From NCBI GenBank assembly GCA_009914755.4, contig CP068257.2, positions 39,776,001 through 39,840,000 of the forward strand: a stretch of 64,000 nucleotides of DNA, written 5' to 3'. Shown here one piece after another: positions 1-14,818 of the stretch; position 1 is the stretch's first letter; each line of letters opens with the position of its first letter. Below the pieces are notes generated by a model that was not told where the DNA came from, did no database searches, and saw only the letters and a program-made list of their open reading frames with translations. A program made the position numbers and the translations under genes. Source of the stretch: the human T2T-CHM13v2.0 reference genome, Homo sapiens.

Positions 1-1925
1 TGCTCATAAGGAAGGGGGTGGGCTCTATTCTTGGCCGATTTGTCTCCCCAGACTGTCCCTGTGAAAGGTCTTTCTGTATTCACGGCCTCATTGTACGACT
101 CCACTTTCCCGGCAACAAGTGCTTGGCAGTGTTCACCCACCAAATGTGTTAGTTTTCAACTGCAATTGATCACTTTCTCCTTCTTGAAAGTCTTCTTCGC
201 TGGCATCTGGGCACATTGACCCTGGTTCTTTCTCTCCCTCCTGTTGGTCTCTCCTTAAGTGAATTGTTCCTCACTTCCCTGACCTCCAAATGTTGCAATG
301 CCCTAGAGATCCATTCTTCCCATTGAAAACTCTCCCTGCTATGTCCCTGAACTACAGCCCAGTCTCATGACTGTAAATACCACTTCAGCGATTCCTAAAT
401 CATTATTTCAAGCCCAGCTCTCTCCCCTGAAATCCAGGCTCCTATCTCCAGCTGCCGATTCACCAGTGCCCTTTGAGCATCTAATCGGTACACAAACTCA
501 GTGGGTCCAAGCAACACCCGATCTTCCCCCCAGTATCTGCTGGCCCCATAGACATCCCCGTCTCAGACAGTGGCACCTCCACCCTCCCAGTGGCTCAGGC
601 CATGACCACTGGGGTCAGCCCTCCCTTTTCTCCTCCTCTCACACGACACGTCCAGTCCACCTACAAAGCCTGCTGGCTCTGCTTCAAATAACACACCCAG
701 GCCCACGTCTCCTCCCACTTCCACCAGCACCCTCACCTAAGCTGCTGCTATCCTGAACCTGGGTTACCGCCTCTGCTGGCCTCCTGCTGGGTTTCTCTGC
801 CTCTGCCCTTCCCGGCAGCACCCATCCCAAGAATGTTTCCCACACAGCTCTTGTGTTTTAAGGCACAAGTCAGATGCTATCATCCTTAAAGTTCCCCAGC
901 GGCTCCCATGTCAATCAGTGTAAAATTCCAAGGTCCCATGTGATCCAATCCCCCTACTTCATGGACCACATTTCCTGTCACTGCGCCTTGGCCCCTCGCT
1001 CCACCCTACCACATCCGGGTTCTGCGGCCCTTGGTCCCTCTGGCTCACTTTTGCCTGGACTCTTGCGTGTGCATGCACGCTTCCCACTGCCCGGTGCTCT
1101 GCCCGCATGGCTCTCCGCAGAGGGCATCCTTCATTCCTCGCGGGTTTCTGCTGCAAGGCTGCCCTACCTGGGCTGCCTTGCCTGACATACTGTTCCCCGT
1201 GCCTGGCTCTTTCAATTCCACTTGCCCTCCCTGATATGTCTCCATTGTGTTTATTGCCTGTCTCCCCTCCTGGGCTGTAAGGCTCTGGGGGCGTATGCTC
1301 AATGCCGAGTCTCTGAACCCCAGGATGGGCCCCACACCTGGTGGGCACTGCTAATGTTTGCTGCATGCACATAACGTGCTCTTTATGGTCACCCCCTCTC
1401 CAGGCAAACTGTTCCGGGGAGCATTTTCACTCTCTGATATCCTACATGAATGCACATGAGTGAGTGTGCATTAAATACGGTGATTCCCAGCCCAGAGCTT
1501 TTGTACCCCCAGGGGACACTGGCAATGTCAGGACATCTTTTTGCTTGTCATAACTCAGGTAAGGGGTAGGGTTTGCTAGTGGTTTGGATGCTACCGGTAT
1601 CCAGTGGGTAAAGGCCACAGAGTCTGCTGGACAGCTTACAATGCCTAGGATGGCCACCATGGCAGAGTCATCCTTCTGAATTGTCAACAGTGCTGGAAGG
1701 AGAGCTGGAGAACCCTGGGCTGTGTGGTCTGTTTGCCTGCAGACATCAGCAGGACAGCCCCATGGGTGTAGCAAAGGGAATAAGCACACAAGCAAGAAGA
1801 GAGTTTTCAACTAAAGGACGATCAACGTTAAAACTTGTTCAGAAATATAGCATCTATTATTCAATGATTAGTAAAGCAGAAAATAAAGTCAAAAAAAAAA
1901 AAACTTGTTCAGAAAGGTTGCTTAA

Positions 1926-2215
1926 GGCCAGGTGCTGTGGCTCATGCCTGTAATCCCAGCACTTTGGGAGGCCGAGGTGAGCAGATTACTTGCGGCCAGG
2001 AGTTCAAGACCAACCTGGGCAAGGTAGCAAGACCCTGTCTCTACAAAAATAAAAAATTAAAAAATTAACCAGGCATGGTGGTGCATGCCTGTGGTCCCAG
2101 CTACTCGGGAGGCTGAAGTGGGAAAAACACTTGAGTCCAGGAGTTTAAGATTGGGGTGAGCCGTGATTGTACCACTGCACTCCAGCCTGGGCAGCAGAGC
2201 AAGACCATGTCTCAG
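1926..2215 (+). mobile_element. Alu (S-type), followed by a (TACA/CATA)n tail
   Basis: The 5' end ggccaggtgctgtggctcatgcctgtaatcccagcactttgggaggc runs to ...gcaagaccatgtctcag. Confidence 0.85.
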
Positions 2216-2266
2216 TAAGTACATACATACATACATACATACGTACATACATACATACATACATAA
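2216..2266. repeat. (CATA)n tetranucleotide repeat at an Alu tail
   Basis: acatacatacatacatacatacgtacatacatacatacatac. Confidence 0.9.
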
Positions 2267-3257
2267 AAATTAAGATTGCTTATAACTTTAGCCAGTTAAG
2301 TTTTCTCCTGGCCGAGGCTTCATTGGGCCTGTTTGTATTTGATGATTTTATTTGACTCCAGTGCTCAATTTCTTCTGTGTTGTCAGCTCGGGCTAATGGG
2401 ACACAGAATGGCTCATTTTTGGCTGTGCAGTTTTCTGTCTTCTGTGCACAACTTAAAATAATTATATGGGGCACTGTCTGAGCACAACTATATGTAAATT
2501 GTGCCAAAATATAAGGAACTATGTCCCAAGGTGCCAGCTTTTTCCTTGTCTGTTTGTGTTGTTGTTGAGAAAAATAATATTAAAAGTTGGCATTTTAAGG
2601 CATATGTTGCCTACATCTCCATTTTGCCTACACAGTCTAATAAATTTTATTAGATTTCTCTTATTTGATTGAACTAGACCCCTTCCAAGAACAAATCGCA
2701 GGTAAAAAGTCACTAATATTAGAAAGAAACACGTGGAGATATTCTCCATGGGAAGCATCTGAGGTCCCTGCCTCTGGGGAACTGTGTGGGGAGCAGGCAT
2801 TGCTCGCTGAGCACCTGCTGCCTGGGCTCCGTGCTGGACTCTGCATGGGGACACCAGGACAGAGAAGATGTCACCGCTGGCCGCAAAGGCATCTCTGGAC
2901 TTCTGAGTCAGATACAACATACGCACAAGTCACTCTAATAGAAGGCAGGATCTCCAAGGCATCTCGGGTGAGATCTAGAGGGGAGGGAGGGGTTGTACTT
3001 GGTTGCAGGAATCAGGGGGTCTTCAGGAAAGAAGACATGCCAGCCGTGGGCTTTGAAGGACAAGTGGGAGGTCATCAGAGACCAGGGCAGGGCCGCCGGG
3101 GCAGGCATTCCCAGGACGGGGCTCGGCCTAGCAAAGCCCAGAGTCACACTGTGGGACAATGTTGCCTTTGCGCCATCATGCCTGCCTGCCTGGCCGTGCT
3201 GCTGAGTGACCAGAAGTGAGACGTGTGCTCTTTCTTTGTGCGATTCTTTGGCATCAG

Positions 3258-3396
3258 ATCAAGGCTCTCATCAAGAAGTACATCCAGAGGCAGCAGACGA
3301 TCAACTTGGTGGTGGTTCCCTGTAACGTGGACATTGCCACCACGGAGGCGCTGAGCATGGCCCATGAGGTGGACCCGGAAGGGGACAGGACCATCG
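3258..3396 (+). CDS. MX2: MX2 coding exon (139 nt), [46 protein letters not shown] + G phase; homolog of MX1 exon at 53542-53680
   Basis: ORF track 3216-3536 carries the MxB peptide. Acceptor ...ttggcatcag|ATC, donor ATCG|gtaaga. Length and phase match the MX1 paralog exon. Confidence 0.88.
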
Positions 3397-3416
3397 GTAA
3401 GAGGAAAGAACCAAGT

Positions 3417-3968
<552 letters not shown>

Positions 3969-4083
3969 CTATTTGAATATTAACATCTCCAAGGAAACTT
4001 AGTACTACTTTTTAATAGTCAGTTTTCTGGTCCTCTCATCGCCATAAACTCAGATAATCAACAGTTATCAATAAATATTAGCT

Positions 4084-4374
4084 TTTTTTTTTTTTTTGAG
4101 ACAGAGTTTCACTCTATCCCCCAGACTGAAGTGCAGTGGCATGATCTAGGCTCACTGTAACCTCTGCCTCCTGGATTCAATTCTCCTGCCTCAGCCTCCC
4201 AAGTAGCTGAGACTACATGCACATGCCATCACGCCTGGCTAATTTTGTATTTTCAGTAGAGACGGGGTTTCACTGTGTTGGCCAGGCAGGTGTCAAACTC
4301 CCAATCTCAGGTGATCCACCCGCCTCAGCCTCCCAAAGTGCTGGGATTACAGGTGTGAACCACAGCTCCCAGCC
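4084..4374 (-). mobile_element. Alu (antisense)
   Basis: Poly-T followed by gagacagagtttcactctatcccccagactg ... ccacagctcccagcc. Confidence 0.85.
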
Positions 4375-4489
4375 AGCTATTATTATTATAAATTCAGTCA
4401 ATCAATAGTCATGGGATATACATGTTCTGCTCTTAGTATAGCCCAAAACAATATTGTAAAATAAATGCACATTTTCTTTTTCTTTTTTT

Positions 4490-5405
4490 TTTTTTTAACT
4501 TGGGATATTTTATTTTATTGTTAACTTTTGTTTTAGGTTCAGGGGTACATGTGCAGGATGTGCAGGTTTGTTACATAGGTAAACTTGTATCATGGGGGTT
4601 TGTTGTACAGATGATTTCATCACCCAGGTATCAAGCCTAGTACCTATTATTTATTTTTTCTGATCCTCTCCCTCCTCCACCTTCTGACAGATCCTAGTGT
4701 CTGTTATTCCCCTCTACGTGTTCATGTGTTCTCATCCTTTAGCTCCCACTTATAAGTGAGAACATGTGGCATTTGGTTTTCTGTTCCTGGGTTAGTTTAC
4801 TAAGGATAATGGCCTCCAGATCCATCCCACAGAAATGCAAATTTTCTATGCATTCTAGGTCAAGTATAGAAATAGAGAAAAGTGTGCTAGGCTTAAGAGA
4901 AACAGACCCATGTTCATAGCAGCATTATCCACAATAGCCCAAAGGTGGGAGCAGCCCAGGTGTTTACAGATGGTTGGATGGATAAATAAAACGTGGCATA
5001 TACGTAAAACAATATTATTTAGCCTCAAAAAGGAGGGAAATTCTGAAGCACACAACAACATGAGTGAACTTCAACGACATTATGCTAAGTGAAATTCCAG
5101 TAAGAAAAGGACTAACACTGGGTGATTCTACCTTATTTGAGGTCCCTAGGGTAGTCGGACTCATACAGACAAAGTAGAATGGTGGTTGCCCAAGACTGGA
5201 GGGTGGGGAAGTGGGAAATTGTTGTTCAATGGGTGAAGAGCTTTAGTTTGGGAAGATGAAAAAGTTCTGGAGATGGACGGTGGTGATGGTTACACAACAA
5301 TGTAAATGTACTTAATTACGCGAACTATAAACTGGCTAAAATAGGAAAATTCACTTTACGTACACTTTATTACCATTTTTGTAAAGAAATTTTTTTTAAA
5401 AAAAC
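4490..5405 (+). mobile_element. L1 3'-region fragments (composite: an L1P-like segment, then an older L1 3' end ending in an A-rich tail)
   Basis: ggtacatgtgcaggatgtgcaggtttgttacataggtaaac ... cccacttataagtgagaacatgtggcatttggttttctgttcctg. Also ...catgttcatagcagcattatccacaatagcccaaaggtggg...gtggtgatggttacacaacaatgtaaatgtacttaat, which is typical L1 3' end sequence. Confidence 0.6.
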
Positions 5406-5515
5406 AAGGTAGCTAAAGACAGAGCAGGGGGGAGCATCCTATTTTTATGAGTTGAATTATTCCCTTGCAGACTTGAGTTACGTGTATTTTACAATTCTTT
5501 TAAAAAGGAAATTGA

Positions 5516-5852
5516 GGCCGGGCATGTTGACTCATGCCTGCAATCCCAGCACTTTGGGGGGCCAAGGCGGGCGGATCACCTGAGGTCAGGAGTTCGAGAC
5601 CACCCTGGCCAACACGGTGAAACCCCATCTCTACTAAAAATACAAAAAATTAGCCGGGTGTGGTGGCACAGGCCTGTAATCCCAGCTACTTGGGAGGCTG
5701 AGGCACGAGAATCGCTTGAACCTGAGACGAAGTTTGCAGTGAGCCGAGATTGCACCACTGCACTCCAGCCTGGTGACAGAGTGAGATTCTGTCTCAAAAA
5801 AGCAAAAAAAAAAAAAAAAAAAAAGAAAGAAAGAAAAGAAAAAAAAAAGAAA
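5516..5852 (+). mobile_element. Alu with a long A-rich/(AAAG)n tail
   Basis: ggccgggcatgttgactcatgcctgcaatcccagcactttgg ... gtctcaaaaaagcaaaaaaaaaa. Confidence 0.85.
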
Positions 5853-7353
5853 ATTGAATGACTACACAATACTTCCAAAGGATGAGAATAGAGCAAATTT
5901 GATTATAATATAACAGTGGCTTAGAGAATATCAAGTTTCAAAAAGAACAGTGGGTCGATATTTTCAGGCCCTCACTAAGCTGGTTCCCCACCTGTCCATT
6001 GCTATGGATGTTATCTACTCCCTTGGCTTCAGCCGAGCTCCTGTGCCCTCTTAAGACAGAGACTGCTCCTGTCGAGGTCACCCACACCCTCTGCACTGAG
6101 GAGCACATGGTCACGTCTCTGTCCTTGCCTCTCCTTTCTCAGCAGCAGTCACCCCAGTTGCCCACTCCCTCCTTCCTGAACCTCCCTCCTTCCTGAAACT
6201 CCCTCCTTCCTCCACCATTCTCTCTCTCTCGGGTCGCTTCCGTCACTGGCCAGCTGGAAGTCACATTCTTAGACTCCTTGTCTCCATGCCTCTTCAATTC
6301 TCAGGCCTCTAAGTATGGAAAACTTGGTTCTGGGCTCTCCTTCTATCAACGCATCATCACATTAAGTGATCTTATCCGGCTGTGGTTTGTAATCCCATCT
6401 ACATGCCAGTGACTCCCAAATCTGTATCTCTAACCCTGACCTTGCTTAACTGGACAACTCCGTTTGGCTGTCTGGCCAATGTCTCCAGTTAAACGTGACC
6501 AGAACAGAACTCTTGGTTTCGTACTCCATCCTGATTCACCTCCTCTCCAAGGCTTCCCCACCTCATTCACAGAACCCATCCGCCCACCCAGTTCTAAAGC
6601 CAAATCAAAGAGTCCCACTTGAGTCCTCCCTCCCCTTGCCTCCAAGTCTAATGTATCTGAAGTCCTGGTGACTCTGCCTCCAAAACGGGTGCCAAATCCA
6701 TCCACTGCTCTCCATCCCCACTGTCACTGCCTAGACCAAGCCACCATGGTCTCCTGCCTGGTCTGCTCAAACATTCTCCTGCTGTTCGAGCACTCACCTT
6801 GCCCATGGCAGTGCCCTCTCCACTGGCCTCCAGACATGTCAATCGGGTCATGCCCCTCTCTGTTTACATTCTCTCCTGCTGCCATCTCACATGCATATAA
6901 ACCCCGGACTCCTTTATCTAGAAAGCAGAGCCCCAGGTGACCTGGCCCTGCCTGCCTCTCTGATCTCAGTTCCACCGCTCTCTGCCTTGCTCATGACCCT
7001 CCAATACGGCTCTGCCATCCCTGCTCCCTCTCAACCAGGGTCTGGAGTGCTCCTTCTCCCTCCCCACTAGGCTGACTCCTCCCTTCCTTCAGATGTCAGT
7101 CCAAATGTTGCCTTCTGAGAGCGGACCTCCCTGTCCACCCAACTTGAGACTACATCACGCACCGCTGCCCACGGTCATTTGCCAGCACGTCACTTTATGT
7201 TAATTCTCTGCATAGCCCTTATCAATATCCATTCTTCTTTATTTCTCGTATATTACTAGATTAATTTATCTGGAAAGAGAGGTTCAAGAATAGTAGACCA
7301 GATAGCCAGACTTACCCACAAATTAAAACGAAGGACAAAATAGCGGAAGATAA

Positions 7354-7628
7354 GGCCAGGCACGGTGGCTCATGCCTGTAATCCCAACACTTTGGGAGGC
7401 TGAGGTGGGTGGATCATGAGGTCGGGAGTTTGAGACCAGCCTGGCCAACATGGTGAAACCTCATCTCTACTAAAAATACAAAAATTAGCTGGGCGTGGTA
7501 GCACATGCCTGTAGTCCCCGCTACTCAGGAGGCTGAGGCAGGAGAATCGCTTGAACCAGGGAGGCGGAGGTTGAAGTGAGCCACTGCACTCCAGCCTGGG
7601 CAACAGAGCGAGACTCCATCTCAAAAAA
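7354..7628 (+). mobile_element. Alu
   Basis: ggccaggcacggtggctcatgcctgtaatcccaacactttgggaggctgaggtggg ... gactccatctcaaaaaag. Confidence 0.85.
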
Positions 7629-7715
7629 GAAAGAGAGAGAGAGAGAGAGAGAAAGGAAGGAAGGAAGCAAGGAAAGAAGGAAGGAAGGAAGGAAGGAAAG
7701 AAGGAAGAAAGAAAA
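7623..7715. repeat. (GA)n/(GGAA)n purine microsatellite at the Alu tail
   Basis: aaagaaagagagagagagagagagagaaaggaaggaaggaagcaaggaaagaaggaaggaaggaaggaagg. Confidence 0.9.
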
Positions 7716-8278
7716 GTGCTTTTCAACATACACAAACAAGAAATGCAGTGGCAATTTGACACTCAAGCAACATAAACAAAAAAGAGCACTTGGAATTCAA
7801 AGTTTTCAATCCAGTGCAAGCAGGAAGGAGTGGGGACAGAGGAGGGGGAGAGGAAAGTGGGAAGGAGGAGATCAGAGGAGGTGCCCACAAGAGGGAGCAG
7901 AGTGAGTCTGTTCAGGAGACACTAGAGAGGGACTCCCCTCAGTAGGGAACAAGGCATTCTTGGAAACATGGTGCATGGAGCCAGTCCATTCTAACCATGC
8001 ATGCTGCCTTAGTGCTGGGCACCCAGTAGGCATCCAAGAAATATTTGTTAAGTCAACTATCCAGGACACTGAATGAACTGAGTGAGAGGGTGAGATAGCG
8101 AGCCAATAGAAATGCAAAGAAGAGGGGCAATGAGGGAATGAGGATGGAATGAGGCACTGGAGGATCAAGACTGCAGAAGACCTTGTTGGCCAAAAAAGGA
8201 GCCCATAGTCCAGTAGGAGTCAAACCTGTTTGAGGGGATCACTGACCTTTCCATTTCCCTTCTTTAACCATCTCACAG

Positions 8279-8477
8279 GTATCCTGACCAAACCAGATCT
8301 AATGGACAGGGGCACTGAGAAAAGCGTCATGAATGTGGTGCGGAACCTCACGTACCCCCTCAAGAAGGGCTACATGATTGTGAAGTGCCGGGGCCAGCAG
8401 GAGATCACAAACAGGCTGAGCTTGGCAGAGGCAACCAAGAAAGAAATTACATTCTTTCAAACACATCCATATTTCAG
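8279..8477 (+). CDS. MX2: MX2 coding exon (199 nt), (G)[65 protein letters not shown](R); contains GTPase G4 TKPD motif
   Basis: ORF 8230-8481 has this peptide. Acceptor tctcacag|GT, donor TTTCAG|gtgaga. Phase is continuous with the previous exon. Confidence 0.88.
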
Positions 8478-10306
8478 GTGAGACTCTTCAGGAAAGCCCT
8501 GGAATTAGACTCCATGAAAGCCAGCCCATCTGCAAGAGTTGGCCCAGATCATGACCAAAGTGTATGCACAAATTACACAAGGTAGTATAACCTAGCCTCA
8601 CCTGATTTTTGTGCTAGATTTCTTGGCTTATTTAGACAAATTATTGTTTCTTAGATTCTAATGATGGTGCTGATTAAAAACTGGAATGTGTCATGACATA
8701 AAGCGTAGAACTCTTTGGTTTCCCAAAATGTTTTCACTTCCTTTCTGATTTGAGTCCTTATATTAAGAGATACATAAGGCAGGTGAAGTTTCTCCCATTT
8801 CCATGGATAAGAATAATGAGGTCAAACAAATAGTGAATGGGAACAGGACTGAACACAGAGCACCTAACTTCCAGAAACCCGTGTGTACCACCGTAAACGG
8901 CACACAGGAAAACCTGCTCGATGGAACTCTCCGTGTTTTTAGAGCCTCCAGTGCCCACAGTCATTTGCCAGAATATCACTTGTTTTTATTAAATAGAAAC
9001 TTAATAATAACTGGCTTTATTAAATAGAAATTATCCTATAGAGACTCTGTAGTTTGTAGGATGCTGGGATTGTTCCCATTGAATGGAGCACTTTTCCCCT
9101 TCATTCTGGAACTTGTTGTTCCTGAATGATCCAGGAGCACAGAGGTCACTCCTGCTTGAAGGAGAGCTAATGGGAAAACAGTGAATTTGGGCCGAGTAGG
9201 TCTACGGCTTGCTGACTATGTGATCTTACAATATGGGCCACCTTCTCGGAATTTTGCCTTTCCCATCTTCTCCAGGGGATCCTACTACTGCCTCACAAGA
9301 TTGTGGTTAGGATTACGTAACACGACATACACAAAGGTCTTGAGCGCCAACAGCCAGCACTCAGTAAACACCACCCGGTTCCTTCTTTCTTCCTCTCTGC
9401 TCCTGCTCTGAGTGGATGAAACATACTGTTTCCAATAGCACTGGAGGACATGAGGAGAAGAAAACTCTCCTCCTTGAGCTGGGAGAAGATTTCAAAATAA
9501 TCAGGCCCATGGTTCTCCATGCTGAGTGAGCAGCAGACTCTCTGGAGAGTTCCTTAAAATTGTGCTAGCTCTGTCCTGCTCTGCCCTGAGGCCGGGGGAG
9601 GTGCCCAAGACTTCCTGCTTCTAACAGGTTCCTCCTGGTTGAGGCTAATGTTGCCAGTCCAGGGACCTCCCTTTGCAAACCGCTTCTCAAGGTCTTTGGG
9701 AAATCTGAAATCCTTGCATGCCTGCTTGCTGGGAGCCGGCCCTTGCAGTAAGAGGCACTGGCAGTGCTGGGGAATAATCCTGTGTGCTTCATCCTAAATT
9801 CCTGCTATTGGCAAACATGCTGCAGCCACTCTGCCTGCTGTGTGGCTGCAGCAAGCAAATGCAGCAAGCTGCTTAACCTTTCTGTGTCTCAGCCTTTCTT
9901 GCTCTAAAGTGGGTTGTTAAATGACTAAATGTGTTAATATTTATAAAGCCCTTAGATTGGTGCCTGGCACTTAGTAAGCACCATATATACTTTTGTGATG
10001 AGAAATAAAATACTAATCTGGGCAACTCACTTAATCTCCATGAGGCTGGGTTTGTTTTCCTGTAGCTAAGATGACCTACCTCATGAGTTTGTGGGGATGA
10101 TAGAAAGGGAGGAGGGAAGGAAGCTTCCTGGCCCACAGTTGCCTGGGTGCAGGCTGGTGGCAAGTGTCTTTCTTATGCACCACTTGGCTTTTCTGATGGC
10201 ACGTGTTGCCCCGGGGAGCTGGGCTCACCTACCACGCACAAAGTCCGGTACTAGCAAGATGGTACACAAGTCCTTCCTGAATGCATGAATGTCTGTCTCA
10301 TTTCAG

Positions 10307-10385
10307 AGTTCTCCTGGAGGAGGGGTCAGCCACGGTTCCCCGACTGGCAGAAAGACTTACCACTGAACTCATCATGCATATCCAA
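10307..10385 (+). CDS. MX2: MX2 coding exon (79 nt) [26 protein letters not shown]
   Basis: Acceptor tttcag|A, donor CAA|gtgagc. The reading frame continues from the exon ending at 8477 (R = AG+A). Confidence 0.85.
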
Positions 10386-10579
10386 GTGAGCCACGTGGGT
10401 TGGGTGACAAGTCATCAATACAGCATGCCCAAGTCACTCTCTTGGTCTGGAGTTGGCTAAGATGCCCCACTGATCTGTCCAAACAAGCAAACAAGTACCC
10501 TCTGAACACTGTCTCACTCACTGTCACAGGCTCACTGGAAGAACTTCCAAATTGGGGAAGCAACAAGTACATAGTATTA

Positions 10580-11034
<455 letters not shown>

Positions 11035-11427
11035 CTAAGAAATAATTGGTTTGTAAGAAATAAGTCCATTTTTATGGATTCTCAAAAGCAGACAACTACA
11101 GACAAGGGCCTCATGACATCATCGATTATAGAAAAACTTTGGTTTGGCGGTTATTGAGAAATCGAATATTTTTAGTGCTTGCCTAAACCTTCACAAATGA
11201 GGCCAAGCAACATGGGAAGATTTAAATGTACCCTTAGAGCAAAGATGATTCCAGATCCTAGGACTTGGCCCATGCTAAATTGTATATCAGACAAAAGCAA
11301 TGACTTACTTGAGCCAGGAAGCACATACTCAAAGAAAATTTGGTTTGAAGGAGCCAGTGGTTCTCCAACTTTAAGGCACACAAGAATTACCTGGAAAGTT
11401 TGTTACAATTAGATTCCACCAGTCAAG

Positions 11428-11478
11428 GTGGCCTACACATGTAATCCCAGCACTTTGGGAGGCTGGGGCAGGTGGGTC
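11428..11478 (+). mobile_element. Alu 5' fragment
   Basis: ggcctacacatgtaatcccagcactttgggaggctggggcaggtgggtc. Confidence 0.6.
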
Positions 11479-11590
11479 AAAAATTCCAGATCTTCCTGGA
11501 TGCTTTAAAGGGCTCCTACTCATATACCAAAGAAATCAGTTGGCCAATCTCTTAAGCCGCAGTTTGATTGTTTGCAATTGTTTTGTTTAG

Positions 11591-11713
11591 AAATCGCTCC
11601 CGTTGTTAGAAGGACAAATAAGGGAGAGCCACCAGAAGGCGACCGAGGAGCTGCGGCGTTGCGGGGCTGACATCCCCAGCCAGGAGGCCGACAAGATGTT
11701 CTTTCTAATTGAG
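11591..11713 (+). CDS. MX2: MX2 coding exon (123 nt) [41 protein letters not shown]
   Basis: ORF 11603-11872 has the peptide. Acceptor ttgtttag|AAA, donor GAG|gtgagg. Confidence 0.88.
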
Positions 11714-11889
11714 GTGAGGATTTCCGCAGGACTCCACGTGACACTGCATCCTTCCCTGGTGGCCCTGCAGCTGCCCTTCCCCTTCTTCACCCATGAGATG
11801 AGGTGGGCGGGTGGACATCTCCTTGCAACGCCGGTCCCAGTTCTTTCATATGATTTCCGCAAAGACTATTGACTTTATATCATTTTCAG

Positions 11890-12031
11890 AAAATCAAGAT
11901 GTTTAATCAGGACATCGAAAAGTTAGTAGAAGGAGAAGAAGTTGTAAGGGAGAATGAGACCCGTTTATACAACAAAATCAGAGAGGATTTTAAAAACTGG
12001 GTAGGCATACTTGCAACTAATACCCAAAAAG
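11890..12031 (+). CDS. MX2: MX2 coding exon (142 nt) KIKMFNQDIEKLVEGEEVVRENETRLYNKIREDFKNWVGILATNTQK(+G)
   Basis: ORF 11869-12279 has the peptide. Acceptor ttttcag|AAA, donor AAAG|gtaagt. Confidence 0.88.
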
Positions 12032-12260
12032 GTAAGTTCTGGGCAGGGCTCCCTGCAAAACAGGGTGGTATTTACCCAGACCAGAGGCTATGTCCAGCAC
12101 ATGATAAGTGTGCCAAGAGTGGAACACGCCCATCCAAGACCGTGGAACCCTTGGTAATCAGCAACTGTCTCTCAACGAACAAAACCCAGAAATATGGGGC
12201 GTCGACCTCAGCCACTCAACACAGGGCAATTCCACTGCCTCTGATGTCCTCGTGTCTTGA

Positions 12261-12561
<301 letters not shown>

Positions 12562-13269
12562 TTGCTTCTTGGTTTTGAGGCTAAATGGCATTCCATGCCC
12601 ACCTGAGGAATTCGCAGAGCAGCCCAGGGTACCTCAGGGCTGCTATCCTGAGTGCCTGGAGGGAAGCCTGTGCCCAAAGCAGGGGTCCAGATGACTCTGG
12701 GGGCCAGCCCCACATGAAGGCTCTCCAGCCACTGTTGAATTGAGTGCACAGCTGCCAGCTGGCCATGGTGCCTGTTGTGGACACACCAGGCACGGAGCCT
12801 TCATTAGTAGCAGCTAAACATCAGCTTGGTAGAAAAAGTGACCTGGGATACTTATTTATTTTGGTGGCATTGAGACAGAGCTCAGCATGGGTGCCAGGGG
12901 ACCAGGGGAGGGGGGAATCCACATGAAATCGTTTACCATCTCCCCCTCTGGAAGGTCTGGGGTGTGATGATCTGGTTTTAGCAATAAGTAAAGACTAGAT
13001 GAAGTAGCAGTTTTTTAACTGCTAAAATGTGCCCAGATCACCCAAACAATTCCACTCATCCCAATCCCCCTTCTCTTTGCCCCTAATTCAAGATCAGAGA
13101 GATTCTTGGTTTGACAAGAGCCTGCTGGCTTCACCTGGCAAAGTTCTGATTCCCATGTGCTCCAGCCCAGGTTCCAGTAGGGCATGTGTGTGTGTATGTG
13201 TGTGTCCATTTTCACACAGCTATAAAAAACTACCTGAGACTGGGTAATTTATAAAGAAAGGAGGTTTAA

Positions 13270-13744
<475 letters not shown>

Positions 13745-13820
13745 TGAGAGCAGCATGAGAAAAACCACCCCCATGACCTAATCACCTCCCACCAGGTTGC
13801 TCTCTTGACACATGGGGATT

Positions 13821-13943
13821 ACAATTTGAGATGAGATTTGGATGGGGACACAGAGCCAAACACAATTTGAGATGAGATTTGGTTGGGGACACAGAGCCAA
13901 ACACAATTTGAGATGAGATTTGGTTGGGGACACAGAGCCAAAC
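13821..13943. repeat. 41-bp tandem triplication inside the MaLR LTR
   Basis: The unit caatttgagatgagatttggttggggacacagagccaaaca occurs three times. Confidence 0.85.
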
Positions 13944-14111
13944 CATCTCATTGTGTGTGTGCTGTTGTGTTTTTGTTCTGGCACTTGGAGAAAACAGCAC
14001 TGTTTACCTCCGTGGAAAGATCCCTCCAACGGTAAACTGTGGCTGTATGCTTGGGAGGTAAGGGGTACAAGATTAAGTTTCCATATTCATTTAACTGATC
14101 AGATTTTTGTG

Positions 14112-14362
<251 letters not shown>

Positions 14363-14659
14363 TTTCTAATCAGGTTTTTTTTTTTTTTCCTACCAGTTAG
14401 AAACAATAGCTTCTCTCTTGGGGTGATGACTTTCAATTGAAACACATTTTCATAGAATAAGATTTTTTTCCCCCAAAAGTCAGTATTTCTTAAACTCCTG
14501 TTATTAGACCATGAATATTTTTCTCATTGTGAACAAAACTCCACTTTGCAACATTGCCTCTGCGTACAGTGGGGAGCAAGACTTTATAAAACTGTTGCTA
14601 GCTTTACGACGTCTGCAGAATTAGCAGAATTCACCATGGAGGTCTGTTTGATGTTGCAG

Positions 14660-14818
14660 TTAAAAATATTATCCACGAAGAAGTTGAAAAATATGAAAAG
14701 CAGTATCGAGGCAAGGAGCTTCTGGGATTTGTCAACTACAAGACATTTGAGATCATCGTGCATCAGTACATCCAGCAGCTGGTGGAGCCCGCCCTTAGCA
14801 TGCTCCAGAAAGCCATGG
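14660..14818 (+). CDS. MX2: MX2 coding exon (159 nt) (V)KNIIHEEVEKYEKQYRGKELLGFVNYKTFEIIVHQYIQQLVEPALSMLQKAM
   Basis: ORFs 14546-15031 and 14758-15402 read through this exon. Acceptor gttgcag|TT, donor ATGG|gtgagg. Same 159-nt size as the MX1 exon at 61820-61978. Confidence 0.87.

Noticed and set aside
1-1900. CT-rich stretches with 'old repeat' texture here and at 6300-7150
   Set aside because: They are probably ancient LTR or interspersed repeats. I could not assign a family with confidence by eye, so they are not reported as features.
7370-7766. ORFs inside Alu elements (for example 7370-7762, 10577-10969, 18256-19088, 60250-60703)
   Set aside because: They are translations of Alu consensus sequence, with the recurrent peptides ...[44 protein letters not shown]... 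in various frames. They are not genes.
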